This document shows positions 1-8,808 of a DNA stretch of 64,000 bases, piece by piece. The translations under genes were made by a program, and so were the position numbers. Within the stretch, counting starts at the first letter, position 1; each line of letters begins with the position of its first letter. Source of the DNA: Verrucomicrobiota bacterium (GTDB lineage: Bacteria; Verrucomicrobiota; Verrucomicrobiia; Limisphaerales; SXTU01); the NCBI GenBank assembly GCA_016235545.1, contig JACRKB010000191.1:1078-65077 (forward strand), in the 5' to 3' direction. Below the pieces are notes generated by a model that saw only the letters and a program-made list of their open reading frames with translations, did not search any database and was not told the DNA's origin.

Positions 1-1
1 C

Positions 2-295
2 GAGCTGCTGGATGAGGCCGCGAGCACCGCGCCGGACAACACCGCCGTGCGCTTCCTGCTGGTGAAGTGCTCGCTCAAGGCGGGCCGGCTCGACCAGGCG
101 CGCGCGGGCATCCAGTTTCTGCGCAAGAAAGGCTGGCAGCCCGAGGTGCTCGTCCCGTGGGAGGTGGAGATCGCATTCCTCGAGCGCGACTGGGAGCTGC
201 TGTCCACGACGTTGAAGAAGCTCGATGTCTCCGGCGCGACGCCCGCCGTGCTGCGCGGGCCGATGGAGTTCTGGCTGGCCCCGGCGAAAGGGTGA
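2..295 (+). CDS. 3' end of a gene entering from upstream; helical/TPR-like tail, PelE-like by position only
   Basis: Frame 2 is open from the window edge to TGA 293-295 (ELLDEAASTAPDNTAVRFLLVKCSLKAGRLDQARAGIQFLRKKGW...). It is co-directional with, and 123 nt upstream of, the PelF-like gene. No diagnostic motif seen. Confidence 0.5.
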   Translation, partial: ELLDEAASTAPDNTAVRFLLVKCSLKAGRLDQARAGIQFLRKKGWQPEVLVPWEVEIAFLERDWELLSTTLKKLDVSGATPAVLRGPMEFWLAPAKG

Positions 296-310
296 ATGAT
301 GCAAATGCCC

Positions 311-388
311 GCTCCCAATCTTAATCGTAATCTTACTCCTCTTCGCAAGGCCCAGGGGAGGAGCAGGATTACGATTAGGATTGAGAGC
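311..388. repeat. Family-A imperfect palindromic repeat, copy 1 (31-nt arms, 16-nt loop)
   Basis: Left arm GCTCCCAATCTTAATCGTAATCTTACTCCTC (311-341) pairs with right arm GAGGAGCAGGATTACGATTAGGATTGAGAGC (358-388) at 27/31 positions. The site is intergenic. The core GGAGCAGGATTACGA is shared with copies at 2112-2191, 17665-17756 and 33331-33364. Confidence 0.8.
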
Positions 389-418
389 AAGGGTAAGAGC
401 AGAAGGGCGAGCCGCTGA

Positions 419-2023
419 ATGCAACCTTCCGCCAAACCTGAACCCATCGCCGACGTCACCCTCTTCCTCGAGGGCACGTATCCCTACGTCCTCGGCGGCG
501 TTTCCTCGTGGGTTCACCAAATCATCACCGGCCTGCCGGAGCTGACCTTCTCGCTCTGCTACATCGGCGCGAAGGCCGACCCGCAGGCCAAGCAGCATTA
601 CATGCTCCCGGAGAACGTCATCACGCTCCGGGAAATCTACCTCCACAACGAGCTGTCCAAACGCGAGCAGAGGCGTCGGCGAATCCCCGCCGAGCTGCGC
701 ATCGCCCTCTACGACCTGCTTGAAAAGTTTTACCTCGCCACCACCGACGCCGAGCGGATGGCCTGCTTCTGGGCCGCGCTGGAGGGCTTGCAGGAAGTGG
801 AGAAGCGCTTCCGCTTCGGCAATCTGCTCCGCGACCGGGAGATGTGGGAAATCCTCGTCGCGGGCTACGAGGAGTTCTGCCCGGACGAGTCGTTCATCGA
901 CTTCTTCTGGACCGCGCGCTTCCTCCACCTGCCCCTCTGGAATCTCTGGAAGGCCCGCGACCTCGTGCCGCCCGCGCGCGTGTATCACAGCGTCTCGGCG
1001 GGCTACGCCGGCTTCATCGGCGCGGTCACAGCGCGTCGGCGCCACGCGCCTTTCCTGCTGACCGAGCACGGCATCTACACCAAGGAACGCATCGCCGAGA
1101 TCAGCCAGGCAGACTGGATTTATGAGCCGGACCGTTTCCAGATCAACTACAGCGAGGGCCTGGGCAAGCTGAAGCAGATGTGGATCAATCTCTTCATGTT
1201 CCTCGGCAAGGTCGCCTATGACCAGGCCGAGAAAATCATCACCCTCTACTCCGGCAACGCCGCCACCGAAGTCGAGTTCGGCGCGGACGAGCAGAAAATC
1301 TCCATCATCCCCAACGGCATCGAGCCGACTCGCTTCGACGGCATTTACCAGCAGCACATGGAGCGGTGGCAGACGAGCCCGGAAAAAAAATTCGTTGGCT
1401 TCATCGGGCGCGTGGTGCCCATCAAGGACGTGAAGACACTGCTCCGCGCAGCCCGCGTCGTCTGCGAGCGGATGCCGGAGGTCGAATTCCTCATCGCCGG
1501 ACCCTACGTCGAGGATCCTACTTACTTCGACGAGTGCCAGAAGATCGTAAAGCTCCTGCACATCGAGGACAAAGTGCATTTCCTGGGCATGAGCAAGATC
1601 ATGGAGGTCCTCCCGCGCATGGACGTGCTGGTGCTCACCAGCATCAGCGAGGGCCTGCCGCTCGTCGTCCTCGAAGGCATGGCCGCCGGCAAGCCCAACG
1701 TGTGCAGAGACGTCGGCGCATGCCGTGAACTCATGTTTGGCCGCACCCAGCCGGACCGGGCGTTGGGTCGCGCCGGCCGCCTCACAAAAATCATGTCCCC
1801 CGCCGAGACAGCCCACGCGCTCATCGGCATCCTCTCCAACCCGGCCACCTGCGTGAAGATGGGCGTGGCCGGACGCAAACGCGCCGAGCAGTTTTACAGC
1901 ATGACCACGATGCTCGACGATTATCGCGACCTTTACTGCCAGCTCTCCGGGAAGCCGAAGCAGCCTCCCGCGCCCGGCGCGATGGAGCCGAGGGCTCGCC
2001 GGCCCAAGGGCCTGCCGTCATAG
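419..2023 (+). CDS. pelF: PelF-like GT4 glycosyltransferase (DUF3492-type N-terminal region plus GT-B catalytic domain)
   Basis: 534-aa ORF. N-terminus IADVTLFLEGTYPYVLGGVSSWVHQIITGLPELTFSL matches the PelF/DUF3492 signature as I remember it. The C-terminal half has GT4-type motifs (GFIGRVVPIKD, TSISEGLPLVVLEGMAAGKP). Confidence 0.8.
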   Translation: MQPSAKPEPIADVTLFLEGTYPYVLGGVSSWVHQIITGLPELTFSLCYIGAKADPQAKQHYMLPENVITLREIYLHNELSKREQRRRRIPAELRIALYDLLEKFYLATTDAERMACFWAALEGLQEVEKRFRFGNLLRDREMWEILVAGYEEFCPDESFIDFFWTARFLHLPLWNLWKARDLVPPARVYHSVSAGYAGFIGAVTARRRHAPFLLTEHGIYTKERIAEISQADWIYEPDRFQINYSEGLGKLKQMWINLFMFLGKVAYDQAEKIITLYSGNAATEVEFGADEQKISIIPNGIEPTRFDGIYQQHMERWQTSPEKKFVGFIGRVVPIKDVKTLLRAARVVCERMPEVEFLIAGPYVEDPTYFDECQKIVKLLHIEDKVHFLGMSKIMEVLPRMDVLVLTSISEGLPLVVLEGMAAGKPNVCRDVGACRELMFGRTQPDRALGRAGRLTKIMSPAETAHALIGILSNPATCVKMGVAGRKRAEQFYSMTTMLDDYRDLYCQLSGKPKQPPAPGAMEPRARRPKGLPS

Positions 2024-2111
2024 GCCGAGCGGACCTCGTGCTGCCCCGCAGCGCGTGGATGAACACGGGGGCAGACGAAGCTCTCGCGCTTGAGTGAATG
2101 GCGAGCGCGCT

Positions 2112-2191
2112 CCTCCTGCTCTCAATCCTGCTCCGCTGATCGAAACGCGTGGGGAAGGAGCAAGATTAGGAACAGGATTACGAGCAGGAGG
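2112..2191. repeat. Family-A palindromic repeat, copy 2
   Basis: Left arm CCTCCTGCTCTCAATCCTGCTCC (2112-2134) pairs 20/23 with the outer right arm (2169-2191, ...CAGGATTACGAGCAGGAGG). The stretch 2131-2190 is 55/60 identical, in the same orientation, to 17696-17755. Intergenic between the pelF-like gene and the sulfatase. Confidence 0.8.
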
Positions 2192-2283
2192 AAAAAATAC
2201 CGCGTAGCAAGACACTGGGATGCGCCCCTCCCGTTCGGAGTCGCGGCTTTTCACGGGCGCTGGGAGCGGGTTACCCTTCCTCC

Positions 2284-3699
2284 ATGCACTTCACACGCCT
2301 GCTCGTGGTCGTTCTCGCCAGTCTGGGCGCGCTTTCCCCGCTGGCTCACGCTGCCCAGCCCAACCTCGTTTTCATCCTCACCGACAACCAGGGCGCGTGG
2401 ACTCTCGGCTGCTACGGCAACACGGACATCCGCACGCCGCACATTGACCGGCTCGCCGCCGAGGGCATTCGCTTCACGCGCGCGTTGAGCAGCAACCCGG
2501 TGTGCTCGCCCACGCGGGCGACGTTTCTCACCGGGCTGATCCCGTCGCAGCACGGCGTGCATTCGTTCCTCGACCCGAAGTTCATGATGGGGCCGCAGGC
2601 TTACAACACGCTGGCAGAGTTCACCTCTCTCGGCGAGGTGCTGCGCGACGCGGGCTACACCTGCGGGCTGAGCGGCAAGTGGCATCTCGGCGCGAACCTC
2701 ACGCCATCGGAGGGTTTTAGTTTTTGGGTTACGAAGCCCGACGGCTCGACGCGCGAGTTCTACGACCAGGACATCATCGAGGATGGCAGGGTGCGCAAGG
2801 AATCCGGCTACACGACCGATCTCTGGACCCGCAAGGGCATCCATTTCATCGAGCAGAACAAGGCGCGCCCGTTCTTCCTCTTCCTCTCCTACAACGGGCC
2901 TTACTCGCTCGGCCAACTGATGCTCAACCCGGCGCGCAACCGTCATGCGGAGTTTTACAAGGGCAAGCCCTTCGCCAGCTTCCCGCGCGACGCGATGCAC
3001 CCGTGGCAGCACGCGAACAAGCAGTTCCACAACGCGCAGGCCGCGATGGAACGCGTCGCCGCCGAGACGAGCGGCGTGGACGACGGCGTGGGCGAAATCA
3101 TGGCGACGCTCAAGCGCCTCGGCCTCGACGAAAACACTCTCGTGGTCTATGCGGCGGACCAGGGCTGGATGGGTGGACAGAACGGCATGTGGGGCATGGG
3201 CGACCACTTCCGGCCCATCGGCGCACACGACTTGATGATGCAGATCCCGCTGCTCTTCCGGCAGCCGGGGCGCATTCCCGCGAGCCGGACGAATGACTTC
3301 CTTGTGAGCAACTATGATTTCTTCCCGACCGTGCTGAGCCAGCTCGGCCTCGGCGACAAGATGCCGCAGAAGCCCAAGTCGCCGGGCCGCGACTTCTCCG
3401 CCGTGCTGCGCGGCGAGAAGCTCCCATGGGACAACACGGTGTTTTACGAGATGGAAAGCTGCCGCGCCATCCGCACCGACGACTGGAAATACGTCGCTCG
3501 ATTTCCGAGCGGCCCCAACGAGCTATACGACATGAAGGCCGACCCGCGCGAGCGCGTGAACCTCTTCGGCCAGCCAGGCACCGAGGCGAAGCGCGACGAG
3601 CTGTCGAAACGCCTCGACGCCTTCTTCCACCAGCACGCCGACCCGCAATACGACGTTTGGAACGGCGGCCGCTCGAAGGCCAGCCGGCTGGTGAAGTGA
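2284..3699 (+). CDS. Secreted formylglycine-dependent sulfatase (arylsulfatase family)
   Basis: 471 aa. Signal peptide MHFTRLLVVVLASLGALSPLAHA, PNLVFILTDNQG, the C-x-P-x-R FGly motif in SSNPVCSPTRATFLTG, and GKWHLG. Confidence 0.9.
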   Translation: MHFTRLLVVVLASLGALSPLAHAAQPNLVFILTDNQGAWTLGCYGNTDIRTPHIDRLAAEGIRFTRALSSNPVCSPTRATFLTGLIPSQHGVHSFLDPKFMMGPQAYNTLAEFTSLGEVLRDAGYTCGLSGKWHLGANLTPSEGFSFWVTKPDGSTREFYDQDIIEDGRVRKESGYTTDLWTRKGIHFIEQNKARPFFLFLSYNGPYSLGQLMLNPARNRHAEFYKGKPFASFPRDAMHPWQHANKQFHNAQAAMERVAAETSGVDDGVGEIMATLKRLGLDENTLVVYAADQGWMGGQNGMWGMGDHFRPIGAHDLMMQIPLLFRQPGRIPASRTNDFLVSNYDFFPTVLSQLGLGDKMPQKPKSPGRDFSAVLRGEKLPWDNTVFYEMESCRAIRTDDWKYVARFPSGPNELYDMKADPRERVNLFGQPGTEAKRDELSKRLDAFFHQHADPQYDVWNGGRSKASRLVK

Positions 3700-3712
3700 G
3701 CCGGAGCAGCCG

Positions 3713-5347
3713 CTACTTTTCCACCTTCACACCGAGCGCGATGAAGCCGTCCAGCTCGCGCGGCGGAAACAGCATCGGTGAAAAAATCCTTCGCAGCGCA
3801 GGCGTTGTCCGAGTGACGAGCCGGACTTCATTCTCACCAATCTTCGCCGATCCAATGATGCGGAAGTGGGCGAGCGAACCGGGCGCGGCACTCTCCGGCA
3901 ACGTCACCTTGAGCATTCCGTTCGTGGCCTTCTCCTTGATGATTTCATCCGCGAGCCGCGCGCCCTCGATGCCGAGGACCGAGAGCGTGACGGGGCCTGT
4001 GTAATCGCGGCGTGTGACGCTGACCTTTACGGTGAAACTTCCGCCCGGCACGGCCTCGACCTTGTCCACGTCGGCTTCGAGCATGAAGCCGGGCGTGAGC
4101 AGCTCGGCCACGATGCGGTAGGCATGCTGTGGTCCGCCGCGACGGATGAGTTCGTCCACGACGAGGAAGTAAGTGCCGTCTGCGGGAATGGTGTTCGTCA
4201 CCGAGCCTTCGCCCGCGTCATTCACAGACGAGCTGGAGATGGCGGTGCCCTTGGCGTCGCGGAGTTGCAGCATCACCTCACTCGCGGAGCCGATGCTGCG
4301 GGTCTGCGCGGTGAAGAGCACGCGCTGGCCTTTCCTCGCATCAAACTTCCAGAAGTCACGGTCCTTGGGCTTGAGGAAGCGCCCGTTCAACCCCGCGGGC
4401 AGCGTGAACGATGTGGCGGTCTCTGCGCTGTCGTTCGGCTCCGCGTCCGCGAACTCGGCCGTGTCACTCACGAGAGCGGAGACGAACGTGGACGACTTGC
4501 CGCCAGGAAACTTAGCGGAGAGAGCGAGCCGCATCGCGTCGAGCGGAGCGGTGGCGGTGACGGGCTTGAGCTTGTCCACCTGCGGGCCGACGAAGTCGAA
4601 CGTGCGCTGTGCGCCAGCCTTCACCGCTGCGGGGAAGGGCAGGCTCGCCAGCGGAAAATCACCGACACGCAGACGGAAGCGATAGTCGCCGCCGCCGCTG
4701 AAATTGATGTCGCGCACCTCGATGAGGTGGTCGCCACCCGCCGCAAAGACGTGAGCGAGGCGGCAGTCACCACCGAGGCCCGACTCGTCATCACAGAACG
4801 CCAACTCGCGACCCCGCAGGTCGAGCAGTCGCAGCACCGGGTCGAGCTTGGATCCGAGCCGCTGCGCAACGACCTCGATGGCGAGTCGGTCTCCAGCCTT
4901 CACGGTGACGCGGTAGAACTTGCAGCCAAGCGAGGCCGCCGCGCCATCCACGGCCACGGGCCACGCGAGAGGTTGCGCGTTTGTGCTGCGCACGTTGGCG
5001 GCCTTGTCCGCCACGCTGGGCAGGTCGTCCACCATCAACAGCAACGGGCTGGAACCGCCGTTCACCGACGCCACGCGCACGGCGTGGATGCCGACGGGCG
5101 TGTCAGCGGGCAATGAGACCTGGAATTTCGCCGCGCTCGCGTTCGTGGCGTTGGCGGAGAGAATCCTCGCGCCAAAGCCGGTCCAAAGATTCGTTGCGCC
5201 GAGGAGATTCGCGCCGTGAACAGTGAGTTCCTGCGCCTTGCCAGGCATGAGCGCGCCGGGCGATGTGTGCGTGAGGCTGGGGCTTTGGGCGAAGCCAGCC
5301 ACGGGTCCAGCCAGGACCACCAGCAGAAGCGCGCGAACATTGAGCAT
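3713..5347 (-). CDS. Secreted protein with two pre-peptidase C-terminal (PPC)-like domains
   Basis: I place the start at ATG 5345-5347, giving signal peptide MLNVRALLLVVLAGPVAGFAQ. The track's longer 5500 start runs through an inverted-repeat element. EPNDSAETATSF...DRDFWKFDARKGQRVLF...YRIV is PPC-like, and a second similar unit is KFYRVTVKAGDRLAIEVV...YRFRLRV. Confidence 0.7.
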   Translation of the reverse strand: MLNVRALLLVVLAGPVAGFAQSPSLTHTSPGALMPGKAQELTVHGANLLGATNLWTGFGARILSANATNASAAKFQVSLPADTPVGIHAVRVASVNGGSSPLLLMVDDLPSVADKAANVRSTNAQPLAWPVAVDGAAASLGCKFYRVTVKAGDRLAIEVVAQRLGSKLDPVLRLLDLRGRELAFCDDESGLGGDCRLAHVFAAGGDHLIEVRDINFSGGGDYRFRLRVGDFPLASLPFPAAVKAGAQRTFDFVGPQVDKLKPVTATAPLDAMRLALSAKFPGGKSSTFVSALVSDTAEFADAEPNDSAETATSFTLPAGLNGRFLKPKDRDFWKFDARKGQRVLFTAQTRSIGSASEVMLQLRDAKGTAISSSSVNDAGEGSVTNTIPADGTYFLVVDELIRRGGPQHAYRIVAELLTPGFMLEADVDKVEAVPGGSFTVKVSVTRRDYTGPVTLSVLGIEGARLADEIIKEKATNGMLKVTLPESAAPGSLAHFRIIGSAKIGENEVRLVTRTTPALRRIFSPMLFPPRELDGFIALGVKVEK

Positions 5348-5419
5348 GTGGCGATTGCGCCGGAGATCCGGCGGACACGGCAAGTTCATTCGCGTGACGC
5401 TGACCCGGTTATGGGCCAC

Positions 5420-5676
5420 GGATGGAACACGGAAGAAACACGGATGGGAAAGCATTGGTTGAGCCCGAACTCTGAAATGGAATGGCCGCAAAAAACGCAA
5501 AGAGACTCAAAGAGAAGAGATTGCGGCCAAGACTGCGCGCAGTGAAACAGTTCCGGGCAATGCGATGGAAGCGTCTGCCTGCTTCGCGTCTGCTTGCGCT
5601 CTTTGCGGCCAACTTCGGCAATCGGGTTCACCGCTGCACGCCTTGTCTTGATCCGTGTTTCTTCCGTGTTCCATCC
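5420..5676. repeat. 26-bp perfect inverted repeat pair enclosing 205 bp (MITE/REP-like structure)
   Basis: GGATGGAACACGGAAGAAACACGGAT (5420-5445) is the exact reverse complement of ATCCGTGTTTCTTCCGTGTTCCATCC (5651-5676). An inner 8-bp stem is GGCCGCAA (5484-5491) / TTGCGGCC (5521-5528). It lies in the divergent intergenic region between the PPC-domain gene and sua5. Confidence 0.85.
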
Positions 5677-5758
5677 GTAACTAAAAACACTTTCCTCGGT
5701 GGCCGGGTGAAGTTGTTGCGTCGCAGGCGGCGAGTTCGCAAGCTCACGGCGGATTTAC

Positions 5759-6781
5759 ATGAGCGGTTCCGCATCACTCGAAGTTTTGTCCACGCACACG
5801 CCCGAGCTGTTCGCGGCGGCGGTGCAGCGCGCGGCGGAGTCGCTGCGGGCGGGCGAGGTCGTCGCGCTGCCGACGGAGACGGTTTATGGGCTCGCGGCCA
5901 ACGCGCTCGATCCGCTGGCTGTGGCGAAGATTTACGAGCTGAAGGGCCGGCCCGCGCACAACCCCATCATCGTCCATGTGGACGGCTTGGAAATGGCGCG
6001 CGCGTGCGTGCGTGAGTGGCCCGAGGCAGCGCAGCGGCTGGCGGGCGCGTTTTGGCCGGGGCCGTTGACCATCGTGCTGCCGCGCGCTGCGGTCATATCC
6101 GACCTCGTCACAGCGGGCGGCGACACGGTGGGAGTGCGCTGGCCGCAGCATCCGTTCATGCGCGCGGTCATCCGCGCGTGCGGCTTCCCGCTGGCTGCCC
6201 CGAGTGCGAATCTTTCCAACCAGCTCTCCCCGACGAACGCTGATCACGTGTGCAGGCAGCTCGGCGGCCGGCTGCGGCTCATCGTGGATGGCGGGCACTC
6301 GAATGTGGGCATCGAGTCCACCGTGGTGGACCTGGCCGCGAACCCGCCGCGTGTGCTGCGACCGGGGATGATCCACGCGGAGTCGGTGGCCGCCGCGACG
6401 GGGAAGGAGATGGGAGATGGCAGATGGGAGATGGGGGAGGCAACGCTGAGGAGTCCGGGGATGTTGGCGAGGCATTATTCGCCGAAGGCGCGGCTGCTCG
6501 TGCTTGCGTGGAGGGATGAGGCGGAGTTGAAAGTGCGGCTTGCAGAACTCGGCGTGCCGCAAGGCAGCGTCTCGGTGCTGGCGCACTCGCACATTCCGCT
6601 GGGCGGCGGCTTTGGCTCCGTGTCGGTGATTCCGCATGATGCGGAGGCTTACGCGCGGGCGCTCTACGCGGAACTGCACCATTGCGACGAGCAGGGCGCG
6701 GAGTGCATCGTGGTGGAGTCGCCGCCGGACTTGCCAGAATGGCAGGGCGTCTCGGACCGGCTGCGGCGGGCGGCGGCGTGA
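5759..6781 (+). CDS. tsaC: L-threonylcarbamoyladenylate synthase, long Sua5/YwlC form (t6A biosynthesis)
   Basis: 340 aa. Motifs: ALPTETVYGLAANALDP, IYELKGRPAHNPIIVHV, SANLSNQLSPT, and the linker motif SPGMLARHYSP followed by a Sua5-type C-terminal domain. Confidence 0.9.
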   Translation: MSGSASLEVLSTHTPELFAAAVQRAAESLRAGEVVALPTETVYGLAANALDPLAVAKIYELKGRPAHNPIIVHVDGLEMARACVREWPEAAQRLAGAFWPGPLTIVLPRAAVISDLVTAGGDTVGVRWPQHPFMRAVIRACGFPLAAPSANLSNQLSPTNADHVCRQLGGRLRLIVDGGHSNVGIESTVVDLAANPPRVLRPGMIHAESVAAATGKEMGDGRWEMGEATLRSPGMLARHYSPKARLLVLAWRDEAELKVRLAELGVPQGSVSVLAHSHIPLGGGFGSVSVIPHDAEAYARALYAELHHCDEQGAECIVVESPPDLPEWQGVSDRLRRAAA

Positions 6782-6830
6782 GGAGTGCTTGTTTGACGCG
6801 GCGGGCGCGAATCCCCAAGCTCCGGGGCAC

Positions 6831-8324
6831 ATGCGAACCCGATTTCTTTCTGGCCTGGCTGTGGTTGCGCTTGCGATGTCGGCCGGCGCGCAGACCGCCG
6901 CTCCCCCCGCGCAGCGCGTCGTCACGCTGGCAGAGTGTGTCGCGATGGCGCTCGAGAAGAACCTCGACATCCAAATCCGCCGGATCCAGCCCGGCATTGA
7001 CCTTTACAACCTGGATTCGACGCGCGGCTACTACGACCTGGTGTTCAACCTGAATGCATCGCAACGCTTCAATTCCTCGCCCGGTTCGCCTGACCCGAAC
7101 AGCGCGCTCTTCCGCGTGGGCAGCGATTCATTCACCGAGAGCTACGGACCCAGCTTCACGCAGCAGCTCGGCACCGGCGGGCGCGTGACGCTCAACGGCG
7201 ACCTCATCCGTCGCAGCGGCTCGTCCTTCACCACGGGCTACAGCTACTCGACCGACGCGGGCATCAGCCTCACGCAGCCGCTGTTGAAGAACGCGTGGAT
7301 TGATTCCACCCGCCAGACGATTCTGCTGAACAGGCAGACGCTCAAGATTGACGAGCTGGCGTTGCGCAGCCAGGTGATGACAACCATCAACAGCGTGCAG
7401 CAGGCCTACTTTGAGCTGGTCTTTGCGCGCGACAACGTGCGGGTGCAGGAAGCCTCGCTCGGCCTCGCGGAGAAGCTCCTGGCCGACAACAAGCGGCGCG
7501 TGGAGGTCGGCGCACTTGCCCCGCTGGACGAGAAGCAGTCGGAATCGCAGGTGGCCGCGCGGCGCTCGGACCTGCTCTCGGCACGGCGCGATCTGGAGGT
7601 TCAGGTCAACAACCTCAAGAATCTCGTCGGCAACGATTTCAGCGCGTGGGCGACGACGGCGCTGGAGCCGGCGGACAAGCTCCTCGCCGTGGCGCAGGCG
7701 CTCAACGTGCAGGACAGTTGGCGACACAGCATGGCGCTGCGGCCCGACCTCCAGCAGGCTCGGGAGCAGATTGAGCGGCAGAACATCGTCCTGCGTTACA
7801 ACCACAACCAGCTCTTCCCTTCGCTGGACCTCACGCTCACCTACGGCCACAACGGCATCGGCCAGACGCTGCCCACCGGACTCAACGGCATTCAGCGCGG
7901 CAACAACCAGTTTTACTCCTACGGCATCGTGCTGAGTTTTCCGTTGAGCAACACGACGGCGAAGAACAACTACAAGTCTGGCAAGCTCACGAAGGAAGTT
8001 CTCCTGCTCGAATTCAAGAAGCTCGAGCAGACCATCATCGTGGAAATTGACAACGGGGTGAAGCAGGCGCAGACGGCCTACGAGAAGATTGAGGCCACCC
8101 GGCAGGCCCGCCTCTACGCCGAGGCGGCGCTCGACGCCGAGCAGAAGAAACTGGAGAACGGCAAGAGCACGAGCTTCTTCGTGCTGCAGCTCCAGCGCGA
8201 CCTCACCGCCGCGCGCTCCGCTGAAATCCGCGCGCTCGCAGACTACAACAAGGCTCTTTCCACGCTGTCCAAGAGCGAAGGGACGACGCTGGAAAAAGCG
8301 AACATCGGCCTGGAGTTCAAGTAG
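6831..8324 (+). CDS. TolC-family outer membrane efflux protein
   Basis: Start placed at ATG 6831, giving signal peptide MRTRFLSGLAVVALAMSAGAQT. LAECVAMALEKNLDIQI and two coiled repeat halves are typical of OEP/TolC proteins. The track's 6636 start would overlap sua5. Confidence 0.85.
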   Translation: MRTRFLSGLAVVALAMSAGAQTAAPPAQRVVTLAECVAMALEKNLDIQIRRIQPGIDLYNLDSTRGYYDLVFNLNASQRFNSSPGSPDPNSALFRVGSDSFTESYGPSFTQQLGTGGRVTLNGDLIRRSGSSFTTGYSYSTDAGISLTQPLLKNAWIDSTRQTILLNRQTLKIDELALRSQVMTTINSVQQAYFELVFARDNVRVQEASLGLAEKLLADNKRRVEVGALAPLDEKQSESQVAARRSDLLSARRDLEVQVNNLKNLVGNDFSAWATTALEPADKLLAVAQALNVQDSWRHSMALRPDLQQAREQIERQNIVLRYNHNQLFPSLDLTLTYGHNGIGQTLPTGLNGIQRGNNQFYSYGIVLSFPLSNTTAKNNYKSGKLTKEVLLLEFKKLEQTIIVEIDNGVKQAQTAYEKIEATRQARLYAEAALDAEQKKLENGKSTSFFVLQLQRDLTAARSAEIRALADYNKALSTLSKSEGTTLEKANIGLEFK

Positions 8325-8386
8325 GAGATCCGTTCAGCAGCGCAGACACCCATGTCCGCAGCAGCTTCCGCCCTGATTGGCCGGCA

Positions 8387-8404
8387 GCGGACGTGGGCGT
8401 CCGC
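8387..8404. terminator. Candidate bidirectional hairpin between convergent genes
   Basis: GCGGACG-TGGG-CGTCCGC (7-bp GC stem, 4-nt loop) lies between the TolC-like stop (8324) and the Sel1 lipoprotein stop (8411). There is no clear U-tract. Confidence 0.35.
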
Positions 8405-8410
8405 GCTCCC

Positions 8411-8683
8411 TCACTTCTTCTGAAAAAGCTCGGCGGCCTTCGTGTGCCAGCGCACTGACTCGACGTGGTCCTTCGGCACGCCGCGTCCGTGCTGGTAAAT
8501 GTCTCCAAGTTGCAGCGCCGCCTCGGCGTCGCCGCCGTTGGCCGCAGCCGTCAGCGCCTCAATGTTGTTGGTTCCCGCCGACCCGCCGCCGGAGGGCGTT
8601 TCACAGCCGGCAAGGAAGAGCGCGCCGGAACCGAGCACGAGGAGGAGCGAAAATTGAGCGGTGAGCTTTTGAGCTGTTTTCAT
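8411..8683 (-). CDS. Small Sel1-repeat lipoprotein
   Basis: 90 aa from ATG 8681-8683. Lipobox LFLAGC follows MKTAQKLTAQFSLLLVLGSGA. The Sel1-like unit is AEAALQLGDIYQHGRGVPKDHVESVRWHTKAA. The rest of the 281-aa track ORF is Arg/Pro-rich and not credible. Confidence 0.7.
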   Translation of the reverse strand: MKTAQKLTAQFSLLLVLGSGALFLAGCETPSGGGSAGTNNIEALTAAANGGDAEAALQLGDIYQHGRGVPKDHVESVRWHTKAAELFQKK

Positions 8684-8808
8684 GGCGGCGGACAGTATCG
8701 GGCCGCCGCCTCCGTGGCAACGGCGCAATTGTCCTCCAATTGTCGCGGGGCGCTTCCCAGTTTCTTGCGGCCGAATGGCCCCCACGACCGCGCAGCGGGC
8801 GGCTGCGC

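Noticed and set aside
5420-5676. Insertion sequence or autonomous transposon bounded by the 26-bp inverted repeats
   Set aside because: Only 205 bp lie between the repeats, with no transposase ORF and no target-site duplication that I could see. I keep it only as a MITE/REP-like repeat.
5774-6997. 407-aa ORF antisense to sua5 and the TolC-like gene start
   Set aside because: It lies opposite a gene with clear family motifs. Its translation is Arg/Ala/Pro-rich with no recognisable motif, which is typical of a shadow ORF in GC-rich DNA.
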